Virus record (IMG/VR): IMGVR_UViG_3300032087_004567
Length of the DNA: 64,000 bases
Strand: one strand, 5' to 3'
Origin: a virus
How positions within the stretch are numbered: the stretch's first letter is position 1; the number at the start of each line of letters is the position of its first letter. The notes beneath the pieces are model-generated. The model was not told the origin of the DNA, did not search any database, and saw only the letters and a list, made by a program, of their open reading frames with translations. Positions 9,216 through 20,700 of the stretch are shown here, in pieces. Both the position numbers and the translations under genes were made by a program.

Positions 9216-10097
9216 ATGAGTACACTTTACAACTATTTTAATAAATTAGGAATCATTACTTACGATGATCAAATAGTAAATAATATTATAACTAGTGTTA
9301 GATTTAAAGATATAGTATTAAAAACTCAAGCTGCATTTTATCCTTATACAATAAAAGAAGGTGAAAGAGCAGATATAATTGCTGCAAATTATTATGATGA
9401 TGCAAGGTATGCATGGTTAGTTTATTTAAGTAATAAAATAATGGACCCATATTATGAATGGCCTTTATCACAATATGACTTTCAAAAGTATCTTATTAAG
9501 AAATATGGTACAATTGCAGAAGCAGCTGATAAAGTCGCCTTCTATAAAGTCAATTGGGAAAGCGATGATAGCTTATTAACACCTTCAGGCTATGCAGCCC
9601 TTAATACTGATCTTAAAAAATATTGGGCCCCAGTAGTAGGTGTACAAGGTACTGTTGTTAACTATGAAAGAAAAGAATTAGACTGGGTTGTTGAAACTAA
9701 TAAAGTAGTAAGTGTAACAGTTAGTAGTATTGATGATTATCAATTAGAAGAAAAAGTAACACAAAAAACATCTGGTACTACAACTGGTACTGGAACAATT
9801 AAAGCAATAGATTCAACTAATAAACGATTAACTTTATTTCATATAACTGGTTCCTTTGCTGTAACTGCAGGTAATGTAGGCAATGTAATAGGTTCTAAAT
9901 CAAATGCAACTAGAACTGCATCTGCGGTGACTACGGTTAAAGAATCTATTCCAGCTGCAGAAGCTGCATACTGGGTAGAAGTAAATCAACATACCTATGA
10001 AGATGATTTAAATGAATCTAAAAAACATATTCAGCTTATCGATAAATCATTAGTGAATGAAATAGAAGATCAAATGTTAAGTGTATTATCAGCATGA
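9216..10097 (+). CDS. gp53: Baseplate wedge protein
   Basis: Y.IK.GER.D.IA..YY.D..Y.W.V.L.N.I.DPY.EWPLS, YE...NE.K..I. Confidence 0.9.
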   Translation: MSTLYNYFNKLGIITYDDQIVNNIITSVRFKDIVLKTQAAFYPYTIKEGERADIIAANYYDDARYAWLVYLSNKIMDPYYEWPLSQYDFQKYLIKKYGTIAEAADKVAFYKVNWESDDSLLTPSGYAALNTDLKKYWAPVVGVQGTVVNYERKELDWVVETNKVVSVTVSSIDDYQLEEKVTQKTSGTTTGTGTIKAIDSTNKRLTLFHITGSFAVTAGNVGNVIGSKSNATRTASAVTTVKESIPAAEAAYWVEVNQHTYEDDLNESKKHIQLIDKSLVNEIEDQMLSVLSA

Positions 10098-11359
10098 ATA
10101 TAGAACCAGGTGATATAAAAATACTTAAAGCTACTATTAGCAAAATTTATCCCGGACAACAGGCCGAAGTAGATATTACCGCACAGGTAAAGAGTATTGA
10201 TATCTATGAAGATATGACTGAACCATCTATGATGGTAGAATTGTTTTTAGTTGATGCAATTAATCTTGTACAAGACTATCCTATTATTGGTGAGGAGATG
10301 ATAACTTTATCTTATATAACCCCAGGTAGAGATATTCCAACCAAAAAAGGATTTAATGTCTATAGTGTACAAGGTCAAGGTGTAGATAAAAATTCTCAAT
10401 CATCAATGTATACAATAAAGGCGGTTACACCGTTGCATTATCATAATAGTTCTATTACAATAGAAAAGGCATATAATGATACTGTAGATGTAATGGTGTC
10501 TGATATACTTAAAAATACTGCACAAGAGGCTGAAGTAAGTAGTATATTAGTTAACACAGAGAAGACTAGAGGTTTATTACCTATTACAATTCCTGGTCTG
10601 TCACCTTTACATGCTATAGATTACTTAAGACAAAAAGCTGTAAGTGCAAAATATGTAAATGGTGGTGCATATACTTTCTTTGAAAATCAATACGGTTATC
10701 AATTTAAAAGTATAGAGGCTATAATTGAAGAAGGAAGAGAACAAGTTGCAACTAAAGAGTTTACATTTGCACCAGATACAAAGTCTGATAAGCAAAGAGA
10801 TCAATATGCATATAGAAATATTCTAAGATATTTAAAAGTACAAAATTTTGATATTGTTAAGAACATTTATGAGGGGGTATATAATAATACAGTTGAGGCG
10901 TTTGATCTTATAACAAAGCAATCTAGGTTTACTAATTTTGATATAGGTAGTAAAGCACGAAACTTTGTTGCAACTGATAAGTCAAATCGTTTACCTAACT
11001 CATCACAAATGATAGAAAAATTTGGTAAAAAAGGCTCTAGTAAATATTTTATACCTGCTGATGCTAGTAAGGGTACTGATTATTTAGATTCAACTATAGG
11101 TTCTAAAAATGCATTTCAAAAAATGTTTAATCAAAATAGAGCTAGAATAATGATAAATGGAGATAATTATATTTCTGCTGGAGATTTAATTAAACTTAAT
11201 CTACCGGAATTGAGCGGTACAACAGAAAAGAAATCATATGATACAATGAACTCAGGTAATTATTTAGTAGAAAGATTAAGACATAATATTTTATTTGAAG
11301 AAAGATCAACACCTAAACATAGAATTGCAATGGATGTGGTAAGGATGGGATATAAATGA
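10094..11359 (+). CDS. Probable baseplate hub protein (gp27-like position)
   Basis: Between gp53 and gp5; I.IYED, PIIGEE, FFEN..G.QF.SIE, G.Y.SAGD.I, SGNYLV..LRH. Confidence 0.6.
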   Translation: MNIEPGDIKILKATISKIYPGQQAEVDITAQVKSIDIYEDMTEPSMMVELFLVDAINLVQDYPIIGEEMITLSYITPGRDIPTKKGFNVYSVQGQGVDKNSQSSMYTIKAVTPLHYHNSSITIEKAYNDTVDVMVSDILKNTAQEAEVSSILVNTEKTRGLLPITIPGLSPLHAIDYLRQKAVSAKYVNGGAYTFFENQYGYQFKSIEAIIEEGREQVATKEFTFAPDTKSDKQRDQYAYRNILRYLKVQNFDIVKNIYEGVYNNTVEAFDLITKQSRFTNFDIGSKARNFVATDKSNRLPNSSQMIEKFGKKGSSKYFIPADASKGTDYLDSTIGSKNAFQKMFNQNRARIMINGDNYISAGDLIKLNLPELSGTTEKKSYDTMNSGNYLVERLRHNILFEERSTPKHRIAMDVVRMGYK

Positions 11360-12645
11360 CAACGGCAAGTATAGGACAAGAAGGTTTTGTTTGGTTTATT
11401 GGTAAGGTTGAAGATAGAGATGATCCTCTACAACTAGGTAGAGTAAAAGTAAGAATAATGGACTTTCACCCTGAAAGTAAAAGTCTTGTTCCTACCGATC
11501 AACTACCTTGGGCACAAATTTTATTACCTTCTACAAATCCTAGTTTTGAAAAAGTAGGATTATCCCCAGTAGGTTTAACTATTGGTACAACTGTATTTGG
11601 ATTTTTTATAGATGGCTATGATGCCAATCAACCTGTTATACTTGGTACTACCCATGGTAAGGTTGGTAATGTAAGTGATGTACCAGATACATCTATAGGT
11701 TTAAATTCAGTGGAAAAAACATTTGATAGTTTTGAACCAAAATCGGCCTATGCAGCACAATATCCATATAATAAGACTTTTAGATCAGAGCAAGGTCATG
11801 TAATAGAAATAGATGATACACCTAATCAAGAAAGAATTCATATGTATCATAAATCTGGTACATATAAAGAAATAAACAAAAATGGTAATCAAGTAGATAA
11901 AATTGTAGGTGATCATTTTGAAATAACTTTAAAGAATAAAGTTGTTCATATAAAAGGTGATGTTGCTATGTTAGTTGATGGTTCATATACTTTAGAATCA
12001 AAAGGTAACATGCTCTTTAAAGCACCTAGAATAGATATTAATCCTCCAGGTGATAGTGGTGTTACTTCTAAAGCAACAGATCTTGCTTCTGAGGCAAGCG
12101 CACAAGCGGTAACAGGTACACAGACAACTATTGTATCTTCTACTACAACATCAGCAGATGTAATTGAAGGTAGTGATGCTACATCAGATAGTGTTACTGG
12201 TGAAACAGGTTCAGATCTTGGTGCACAAATTGCAGCATTATTTACTAGTGGTACTATTTTAGGATTAATATCACAAGCAGTAGAACCAATGGTCGCCCAA
12301 GAAATGCAAGCATTAGGAACATTTAATGTTGGTGAAGGCAATGCTGTATCTATTACAGCATCAGGTGGTATTGAAGTACAAGATCTAACAGTTAATTCAA
12401 CAGCTATATCTGTACCCGCAGAAATTAGTGTTGGTAATACAACTGTTAATACACAAATAAATGCTACATCAGTTTCTATTGGAGGCAACTTTAGTATAGG
12501 AGGTTTTGCTTTTGAGAATGCAAGCACAGTAGATTTTGATTATACAATTAGTACAAATAAAAATGCAATGTCAGCTGGACCTATTACTATTAATACAGGT
12601 ATTACAGTAACAATACCGTCAGGGTCTGTTTGGACGATAGTTTAG
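11356..12645 (+). CDS. gp5: Baseplate central spike gp5 (OB-fold plus beta-helix, no lysozyme domain) with ~200-aa C-terminal extension
   Basis: FVWFIG.VEDR.DP..LGRV.VR, LPWA, GFF.DG, YPYN...SE.GH.IE.DDTP..ERI..YH.SGT, APRIDIN. Confidence 0.92.
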   Translation: MTTASIGQEGFVWFIGKVEDRDDPLQLGRVKVRIMDFHPESKSLVPTDQLPWAQILLPSTNPSFEKVGLSPVGLTIGTTVFGFFIDGYDANQPVILGTTHGKVGNVSDVPDTSIGLNSVEKTFDSFEPKSAYAAQYPYNKTFRSEQGHVIEIDDTPNQERIHMYHKSGTYKEINKNGNQVDKIVGDHFEITLKNKVVHIKGDVAMLVDGSYTLESKGNMLFKAPRIDINPPGDSGVTSKATDLASEASAQAVTGTQTTIVSSTTTSADVIEGSDATSDSVTGETGSDLGAQIAALFTSGTILGLISQAVEPMVAQEMQALGTFNVGEGNAVSITASGGIEVQDLTVNSTAISVPAEISVGNTTVNTQINATSVSIGGNFSIGGFAFENASTVDFDYTISTNKNAMSAGPITINTGITVTIPSGSVWTIV

Positions 12646-12653
12646 GAGAATAA

Positions 12654-13208
12654 ATGCCAATCACATTAAACGGTACAACAGGAAAAATTAATAATCTAAC
12701 AATCCCAACTGAATCAGGTACAATAGTAGGTACTGGTTCAAATTTTCCATTAAATATTGATCCAAATGCAGCAGCAAATAGCGTCTTTATTAGCTCGGCA
12801 GGTAAGGTATTTAAGTCTAAAGTTCCATATATTCAATTACTACATAATGCTAATCAAGAATATGCAGCAGGAAATGCTATTACCAATTGGAGAGTATATC
12901 AATCAAGAGATATAGTTCATTCATCTGGGGTTTTAACAATACCTGTTACTGGGTTATATCATATTGGTGTTACTTTAATTCAAGATGGTGATGGTGGAAT
13001 ATATGCAAATATAAATGGTACAGATCAATTTAGAATTGGATATGCTGATAGAGGAACTGATACTTCTTGGTCACAGCTTTCAGGTGATGCGATATTTTAT
13101 ATGCAAGCTAATGATCTTTTTAAACTTACAATGCAAGGTACTCATAATATATACGGGGATTCCGGTGTACCAACAGTATCATCATTTTATTGTTATTTAA
13201 TAGGATAA
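12654..13208 (+). CDS. Small fibre/adhesin protein with C1q-like C-terminal domain
   Basis: GVLTIPVTGLYHIG (F..PV.G.Y-like), ...AND...L and terminal F..YLIG pattern. Confidence 0.55.
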   Translation: MPITLNGTTGKINNLTIPTESGTIVGTGSNFPLNIDPNAAANSVFISSAGKVFKSKVPYIQLLHNANQEYAAGNAITNWRVYQSRDIVHSSGVLTIPVTGLYHIGVTLIQDGDGGIYANINGTDQFRIGYADRGTDTSWSQLSGDAIFYMQANDLFKLTMQGTHNIYGDSGVPTVSSFYCYLIG

Positions 13209-13211
13209 TAA

Positions 13212-13700
13212 ATGAGTAAAATAAAAATAGTTTCAAATGCATCAGGAACTGGCGTATATACAATAGAGAGTCCTAGTTCAAATGATAATAGAACTCTAAC
13301 CTTACCAAGTAATGGTGGTAATCTTGTCACCACTGGTGATTCTAATACTATTACTAACGACATGATTTCTACAAACTTTTTAAGGTTTGACCTTATTGCC
13401 GAAGGTGCATTTACTACTAATTTTACGTTATCAGAAACAGCTGCAAATTTTGATATGTTATTTGTGCATTATGATTTATCAACAGGGACACAGACGATTG
13501 CTAGTACAAATGCTACTGATCAAGACTGGGAAAGAACATTATGGCTATCCCCACATCATATTCAATATGGTTATTCATATGTAGAATCAACAGACCAAGA
13601 TGATTTTGCAGTTATAGGAACAACATTTTATTACCATAGAGGCACACAAACAAATAATATTGTAAGGCAAGTCTATGGTGTAAAATTTAGAGGTGCTTAA
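13212..13700 (+). CDS. Small tail-fibre-associated protein
   Basis: N-terminal GTG..TI..P....RTLTLP...G.L motif typical of marine phage fibre modules. Confidence 0.5.
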   Translation: MSKIKIVSNASGTGVYTIESPSSNDNRTLTLPSNGGNLVTTGDSNTITNDMISTNFLRFDLIAEGAFTTNFTLSETAANFDMLFVHYDLSTGTQTIASTNATDQDWERTLWLSPHHIQYGYSYVESTDQDDFAVIGTTFYYHRGTQTNNIVRQVYGVKFRGA

Positions 13701-14141
13701 ATGTTAAAATATTATTTTGATACAAACAATAAATGTATAGGTATTCAAGAAGATGGACAACTTGGAGAACCTATTTACGATACAAAAGTAGAAGTAAGTG
13801 GTAATAATCAATTATGGAGCGTTCAACATCAAGGTGTTGTAATTGATAATAAAAGATATGATATGTCAGTATTACAAAATAATAATGGCACAGTTGAAGT
13901 AGTCCAATCAAGAATTGATGATATAGATAGTAACGCATATAAAATAAAAAGAGGGCCAACAAGAGATGTTGATAAAGCATTTGCTGAAAAATATAATATT
14001 AAAACTTATCCATCATTAGGTGAACAGTTGGATTTATTATGGCATGATATTGATAATGGATTATTTGGAGATTCAGTAAAAACAAATTCAACGTTTTATA
14101 GTAAAATAAAAGAAGTTAAAGATGAGCATCCAAAGGAATAA
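13701..14141 (+). CDS. Probable fibre assembly chaperone
   Basis: C-terminal YPSLGEQLDLLWHDI...IKEVKDEHPK motif. Confidence 0.5.
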   Translation: MLKYYFDTNNKCIGIQEDGQLGEPIYDTKVEVSGNNQLWSVQHQGVVIDNKRYDMSVLQNNNGTVEVVQSRIDDIDSNAYKIKRGPTRDVDKAFAEKYNIKTYPSLGEQLDLLWHDIDNGLFGDSVKTNSTFYSKIKEVKDEHPKE

Positions 14142-14144
14142 AGT

Positions 14145-15296
14145 ATGAGTACATTAATAGTAGACGCAATTAAAGGAACTGAATCATCAAATAATGATAT
14201 AGTAATAAATGCTAATGGTGAAGTTGAATTTAAGAGCCCTGTTGCCTTTACTAACCCGGCAACTAATATAAATGGTGATAAAAATGTTTTAATAAATGGG
14301 GATATGCGTATTGCACAGAGAGGAGCTTCAGCAGGTGTATCTGGTGGATATCAAACTCTTGATAGATGGCAAACTGATTTTTCAGGTCTTGGTGGGTTTA
14401 CAATGTCACGTTCTACTGATGTACCAGATGGTCAAGGCTTTACACGTAGTCTAAAAATGGATTGTACATCTGGTGATCCATCACCTGCATCATCAGATAG
14501 ACTAACAGTAAGACAGAAAATCGAAGGTGGTAATTTACAACATTTTATGAAAGGTACAGCTAATGCCCAAAAAATGACTTTATCATTTTGGGTAAAGTCA
14601 AATAAAACTGGAACATATGTTGTAAAATTTAAAGATGCAAATGGTAGATTTATTTCAAAAACTTATACTATTGATTCATCATCTACATGGGAAAAGAAAA
14701 TAATAACAGTTGAAGGTGATACAGGTGGTTCAGTTATAGGTGATAATGCTAATGAAGGTCTGCAAGTTGAGTGGTGGTTAGGTGCTGGGTCTAATTATAC
14801 ACTTGGTTTAAATGGTAGCTGGGATGTTGTAACTGATGATTTATCAGCAGGTGGTCAAGTTAATTTAGCAGATGCTATATCTAATGAATGGTATATGACT
14901 GGTACCCAACTTGAAGTTGGACCAGTAGCAACAAATTTTGAATTTATATCTTATGATAGATTATTTGCTAAATGTCAAAGATATTATCTATTACCTAAAA
15001 ATAGTAGTTATGGTTGGCAAGGAAGACGAGGTGGTGGTAGATTTTTTAGAGTTAATAATAGAACGCAAGGATCATATGATTTTCCAGTTCCTATGAGAGC
15101 ACCTCCATCTTTTACTGCCACAAGATTGTATGGTGATGGTACATGGGCAAGTGGTACTTGTTATGCAGGTAATGGTTGGGCTAACCCTACTGCTAATAAC
15201 TATGTTAATTTTGAATCAAATGTCAATCCAGAATCAGGTAGTGGTAATGGTGGAACTTTTGGTTTTAATGTGGTCATTTCAGCAGAATTAAGTTAA
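14145..15296 (+). CDS. Fibre/adhesin with putative carbohydrate-binding jelly-roll domain
   Basis: KNVLINGDM.IAQRG, DRW, QKIEG, TLSFWVKS, QLEVG..AT.FE, CQRYY, terminal AEL. Confidence 0.65.
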   Translation: MSTLIVDAIKGTESSNNDIVINANGEVEFKSPVAFTNPATNINGDKNVLINGDMRIAQRGASAGVSGGYQTLDRWQTDFSGLGGFTMSRSTDVPDGQGFTRSLKMDCTSGDPSPASSDRLTVRQKIEGGNLQHFMKGTANAQKMTLSFWVKSNKTGTYVVKFKDANGRFISKTYTIDSSSTWEKKIITVEGDTGGSVIGDNANEGLQVEWWLGAGSNYTLGLNGSWDVVTDDLSAGGQVNLADAISNEWYMTGTQLEVGPVATNFEFISYDRLFAKCQRYYLLPKNSSYGWQGRRGGGRFFRVNNRTQGSYDFPVPMRAPPSFTATRLYGDGTWASGTCYAGNGWANPTANNYVNFESNVNPESGSGNGGTFGFNVVISAELS

Positions 15297-15308
15297 AGGA
15301 GAATAATT

Positions 15309-15482
15309 ATGTCTGAATTTACATATGAAGAAGTAAAATATCAAGATAGTCTAGACACAGTTTCACATATAAGACGTTCTGATGGTTGGGATATTCCTAT
15401 ACATGAAGATAACTCTATGTATAAAGAATATTTAAAGTGGAAAGAGGCAGGTAATACACCTGGTGAGTTAATACGCGAATAA
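15309..15482 (+). CDS. 57-aa putative fibre chaperone; absent from the ORF track
   Basis: MSEFTYEEVKYQDSLDTVSHIRRSDGWDIPIHEDNSMYKEYLKWKEAGNTPGELIRE*; AAGGAG RBS. Confidence 0.7.
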   Translation: MSEFTYEEVKYQDSLDTVSHIRRSDGWDIPIHEDNSMYKEYLKWKEAGNTPGELIRE

Positions 15483-15487
15483 TACAG

Positions 15488-15495
15488 CATAAATA
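15488..15495 (+). promoter_or_regulatory. Late promoter variant CATAAATA (gp25)
   Basis: 5 nt before ATG 15501. Confidence 0.6.
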
Positions 15496-15500
15496 GAAAT

Positions 15501-15929
15501 ATGGCTCTAGTTAAACCAATCACAAAGAAGAAACCTAACGCAATTCAAGAAACGTTATATCAAGATTTGTTTGCGTTTAACTTAGTAAATAATGAAAATA
15601 AAGATTTAAATCTATTAGAAAATGAAAATGCTGTTAAACAATCTATAATTAATATATTGTTAACAAATGTAGGTGAGAGACACTTTAATCCTGATTATGG
15701 TAGTGATATTAATAAAGTATTGTTTGAGAATATAACACCTCAAACTATTAGTACTTTAAAGTCATTAATAAGAACTAGCATTGAAAATTTTGAACCAAGA
15801 GCAAAAATTTTAGAGGTATCAGTTACACCATCTGCAGATGAGCATTATCTAAATGTTAACGTTATTTTTAACATAATAAATAAAACTGAACCAATCGATT
15901 TAGACATTTTACTTAATAGGATACGATAG
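15501..15929 (+). CDS. gp25: Baseplate wedge / sheath initiator
   Basis: NE.AVKQSI.NI..T..GER.FNP.YGS.I..LFE, I..FEPR. Confidence 0.95.
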   Translation: MALVKPITKKKPNAIQETLYQDLFAFNLVNNENKDLNLLENENAVKQSIINILLTNVGERHFNPDYGSDINKVLFENITPQTISTLKSLIRTSIENFEPRAKILEVSVTPSADEHYLNVNVIFNIINKTEPIDLDILLNRIR

Positions 15930-17737
15930 TGGCAAACACTAGTTTAAAATTAACAGGATTAGACTACGATAGTCTTAGGGATAACTTTAAAAACTTTTTA
16001 AAGAGAGCTGATTCGCCTTTTAAAGATGTAGATTTTGAAGGTTCTAATATTAGCCAGCTTTTAGATATATTAGCATATAACACATATAATAATGCATTCT
16101 ATTTAAATATGGTTGCAAGTGAGATGTTTTTAGATTCAGCACAATTAAGAGATAGTGTTATATCACATGCTAAAGAATTAAATTATGTTCCTAGGTCCTA
16201 TAGATCGGCAGAGGCAACTGTATCATTTACAGTAACACCTTCCACTAGTATTGATTCTTTATTAATTCCAAAAGGTACTTCTTTTACAACAAAGATAGGA
16301 TCTAATAATTATATTTTTACTACAGGTGTTAGTTCAATACACACTGCAAATACCAGTAATGTAATTAATGTAGATAATTTAAGTATATTTGAAGGAACAT
16401 TTGTAACAGATACATTTATTTACTCTACATCGAATAATGATCAAAGATTTGTTCTTTCTAATCCAACTATTGATACTAGAAGTATTACAATAACAGTATT
16501 AGAAAATGAAGGTGCTAATTCATATACCTATACACAAGCAACTTCATTCTTAGGTCATTCTGCTAATTCACAAGTATATTATATACAAGCTGCAGAGAAT
16601 AGTCAATATGAGATCAAATTTGGTGATAATGTAGTTTCAAAAAGACCACAAAACGGTTCTACTATAGTTGCAGAATATAGAGTATGTAATGGTGAATTAC
16701 CAAATGGTGCAGCAGTATTTTCTATAGATGGTCCAATACAAGGTCAATCTAACATATCTGCTATTTCAACAGACACACAGGCAAGAGGTGGTGGTGTTGC
16801 CGAGTCAATTGAAAGTATTAAATTTAATGCACCACGTTCTTATCAAAACCAAGATAGAGCTATTACATCATCTGACTTTGAAAATTTATTAAGACAAAGT
16901 TTTCCTGAAATAGAATCAGTTGCAGTGTATGGTGGAGAAGAATTAGATCCACCACAGTTTGGTAGAGTTGTTGTTGCAATTGATACTGTTAATAATGAAG
17001 GTATAACAGAGGCAGACAAAACAGAATATACAGAATTTTTAAGTTCAAGATCAACAGTTGGAATTACACCATTAGTTGTTAATCCAGATTTCTTATATGT
17101 TGAAATCGATGTTACAGTTACATACAATATTAATAATACTAATTTAGATGATACAGCTATTAAGACGTTAGCTAAAAATGAAATTAGTACTTACAATGCA
17201 ACATATCTAAATGACTTTAATAAATCGTTAAGATATAGTCAATTAGTAGAAGATCTTAACGCTATACACGATTCAGTAGTTAGTGTTGATGTACGTTTAC
17301 ATCCTTTTGTTAGATTATCACCTACTGCAGGAGTTGCATTTAACAAAACAATATTGTATAATATAGAGCTTGATACTGAGTATAGTTTAAGTACTGGTGA
17401 AACAGATTATGTTCAATCAGAAGTACATGCAATATTTTCTTCTAGATTTACATATGAAGGTAGCACTGCAACTATTCAAGATGATAGAGCAGGTAAGTTA
17501 GTTATCTATAGATTAGATGATAATAATAAGAATGTATTTGTTAAAAATATTGGTACAGTAGATTATACAACCGGTAAAGTTTCAATAGAAGGATTAGTTA
17601 TACAAAATACTGGTAATTTTGCATCTATAAGACTATATGCCAATCCTAAGTTTAGAGATATAACCGCATCTAAAAATACAATTATTACAATTAGAGATTC
17701 AGATATAGAAGCATTCACAAAGCAGATTAGAGAATGA
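15929..17737 (+). CDS. gp6: Baseplate wedge subunit (GTG start)
   Basis: D.DFEGS.IS.LLD.LAYNT, E.FLDSA.LR.SV.SHAK.L.Y.PRS, ESIESIKFNAP, Q.RA.T..D, YGGEE.DPP.FG.V. Confidence 0.96.
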   Translation: MANTSLKLTGLDYDSLRDNFKNFLKRADSPFKDVDFEGSNISQLLDILAYNTYNNAFYLNMVASEMFLDSAQLRDSVISHAKELNYVPRSYRSAEATVSFTVTPSTSIDSLLIPKGTSFTTKIGSNNYIFTTGVSSIHTANTSNVINVDNLSIFEGTFVTDTFIYSTSNNDQRFVLSNPTIDTRSITITVLENEGANSYTYTQATSFLGHSANSQVYYIQAAENSQYEIKFGDNVVSKRPQNGSTIVAEYRVCNGELPNGAAVFSIDGPIQGQSNISAISTDTQARGGGVAESIESIKFNAPRSYQNQDRAITSSDFENLLRQSFPEIESVAVYGGEELDPPQFGRVVVAIDTVNNEGITEADKTEYTEFLSSRSTVGITPLVVNPDFLYVEIDVTVTYNINNTNLDDTAIKTLAKNEISTYNATYLNDFNKSLRYSQLVEDLNAIHDSVVSVDVRLHPFVRLSPTAGVAFNKTILYNIELDTEYSLSTGETDYVQSEVHAIFSSRFTYEGSTATIQDDRAGKLVIYRLDDNNKNVFVKNIGTVDYTTGKVSIEGLVIQNTGNFASIRLYANPKFRDITASKNTIITIRDSDIEAFTKQIRE

Positions 17738-20700
17738 GTTCACTAGAAAGATTTATTTCACCTTTTATAGAATCACAGTTTCCTGATTTTTATAAAGATC
17801 AAGGACCATTATTTATTCTACTTATGGAAGAATATTATAAATGGCTTGAAACTAATGAACCAGAATATGCTAATTATGTTGGTGCATTGGTAAACGGTAA
17901 TCCACTCTATCATGGAAGAAGATTAACAGATTATAAAGATGTTGATAGAACTATTGATGAATTCTTTATACATTTTAAAGAAAAGTTTGTAAAAAATACA
18001 ACAATTGATTCTACTGTTTCAAAAGAACAATTAATTAAATCTGCACAAGATATATTTTCAAGTAAAGGTTCTGAAAGATCGATAGATCTTTTATTTAAAA
18101 ATTTATACGGTAGAAATATAGAAGTATATTATCCAGGTAATGATGTATTAAGAACATCCGATGGTACATATGTTTCACCAATTTATCTTGAACTTAGTAT
18201 TTCAACTAGAACTAACTCAATGGTTGGTAAAAGTATTACAGGTTCAAGTTCAGGTGCAACTGCAAATATAGAATATATTGTAAGAAGAAATGTTAATGGT
18301 AAAATTATTGATGTAGCATTTTTATCAAACGTAATTGGTACTTTTAGATCCGGTGAGATTGTTTCTGAAGATGGTGTAGATTTAAATGCACCTAAAATAG
18401 TAGGTTCACTTACAAATATTAATCTAACTCTATCAGGTCTTAATTTTACATTAGGTGAAGAAGTAAACATAACATCAACAAATGGTATTGAAGGTAAAGC
18501 ACTTATTACAGCAGTTGATTTTACAACTGGTAAAGTAAGTATAACTTTAACCGATGGTGGATGGGGATATACTAACTCAACAGTTGAGACAGTAGTAAGT
18601 AGTAAGGGTGTTGAGTATTTTAATTTAAGTAATGCTAATTCTAATATTACAACATTTGAAAGATTTGAAACTGTAACTCAAAATAATTTTTCGTTTGTAT
18701 GTAATAATGTAGTAGGAACTATCTCTATTAATTCAAATTTTACTAACATAGATGAATCATTATCTAAAGTAGTTTTAAGAACACAAGATTCAGGATCAAA
18801 CGCTGCAACAATTACATTATCTCAAATAAGTGGTAATGTATTTTCTAACTCTATTTTATTTGATAAAAATCAATCAATAGTTGTAACTAATACAAATGTT
18901 TCAGATTTTTCCGCAGGTGATATTATTAGACAAGAAAATGCAGGAACTAATAATACTACTGGTTCTATTCAATCTATTTCTAATGTTGCAATTATTAATG
19001 TTGATACAGCAACAATAGGATCAAATGGAATTCATGTAGGTTTATTTGCAGAACAAGATACAACAGAAGCTACTGGAATAGTTAAACTTATCCCTAGGGA
19101 GAACTATCACACCTATACAAATGTAGAAGTAATGGCCCTATCAGGAGTAACTGGGACATTCAATGGATCTGATGATATAACACTATATACAACCAATGCT
19201 AAATCTACTAGTGTGGAAGTTATTACACCAACGGCTGCAACTGATGGTTTTCTTTTTAATTTACAAGATACTAATTTATCAGATAATACTAGATTTTCTA
19301 CTAGTAATACTATAATATTAAGCGGTGATTCTTCTGTTAATAATGTAATTAAAATTGCATCTGATGTTGGAGGAATAGTAAATAATTCAACGGATGTATC
19401 TGCAACTGGTAATAATATATTAGGTAACACCACTCATTTAGGATTTAGTAGTCCTAATAACACTTTTTATGCATCTGGTAATTCTACTTTAGTAACAGGA
19501 TTAAATTCCAATTCAGTTGCAAATGTATCTGCAGTTTTAACTGGGTCGGGTGCTGATTACTCTGTTGGTAGATTAGTAGATACAGAATCAGTTAGAATTA
19601 ACACTGACTTATTAAGTTCTAATAATGATGGTCCAGGTTCTGATAGTGCCGAACATATGGATATTTTAATTACTGGTGCCAATGCAACATTTGGTAATTT
19701 AAGTTCAGTGTATATTGCTAATTCTGGTACAGGTTATTCTAATACTGACACAGTACAATTTACAGGGGGTAATACTGGGGTTGGTTCTTTTGAATCAGGT
19801 AATGCAACTATCACAACAGATGCATCAGGTAATATTACTTTAGTTACTTTATCTTCTAATGTAGGTAGTGGTATAGTTACAACAGCACAAACAGGTATAA
19901 CAACTAGTGGTGGTACTGGTGCAAATTTAATTCCATTTTCTTCTTTAGGATTTGTTAAATCACCTAGTGGTGATTCACAAACAAGATTACAAGATTTATT
20001 TTCATATACAGATTATACAATAGGTACTATTGGTAACTTGTTTGGTATTAACCCTGGTGAAGATTATAATTATGATCCTTTTGTTATAGCATATGAACCA
20101 AAGATTGCAGCATATGGAAAACAAGATATAGTATTACAAATAGAAAATGTAACAGGCGCATTTTTAGAAGGAGAAAATGTTACACAAGGTATTGATACAC
20201 CTGGTGTTAGTATAGTATCAAATACTATTACTGGTAATACAACTTTTGATGCTGGTGAGTTTGTATATTCTAAAGATGCATTTAATACAAATACAGCCAC
20301 AGGTATTATTAGTACAACAGAAGTATCAGGTGCAAATCAAACAACAGTTATTCATAGTAATACTGGTACATGGCAAGCATCTGTAAATACTAATTATCTT
20401 ACTGTTGGTGCAAATACTAACTTTGCACCAGATGATGCAGTTACACAAAATGACGCAAGCGGTACATTAGTTACATCTAATTCTACAACATTAATTGTAA
20501 AAGATATTACAGGTTCGTTTGCATCTAATTCAACTCCAATTACTTCTGATTCGGGAGGCAGTCAATTAATAACAGCTACACCTACTACTAATACAATATA
20601 TCAGATGTTTGGTATAACATCAAACGCACAAGCACATATTTTATCTGCATCTGCTTGTACTTCTTCTGCAACAGCAAGTGCGAGAATAGTTACTAATGCT

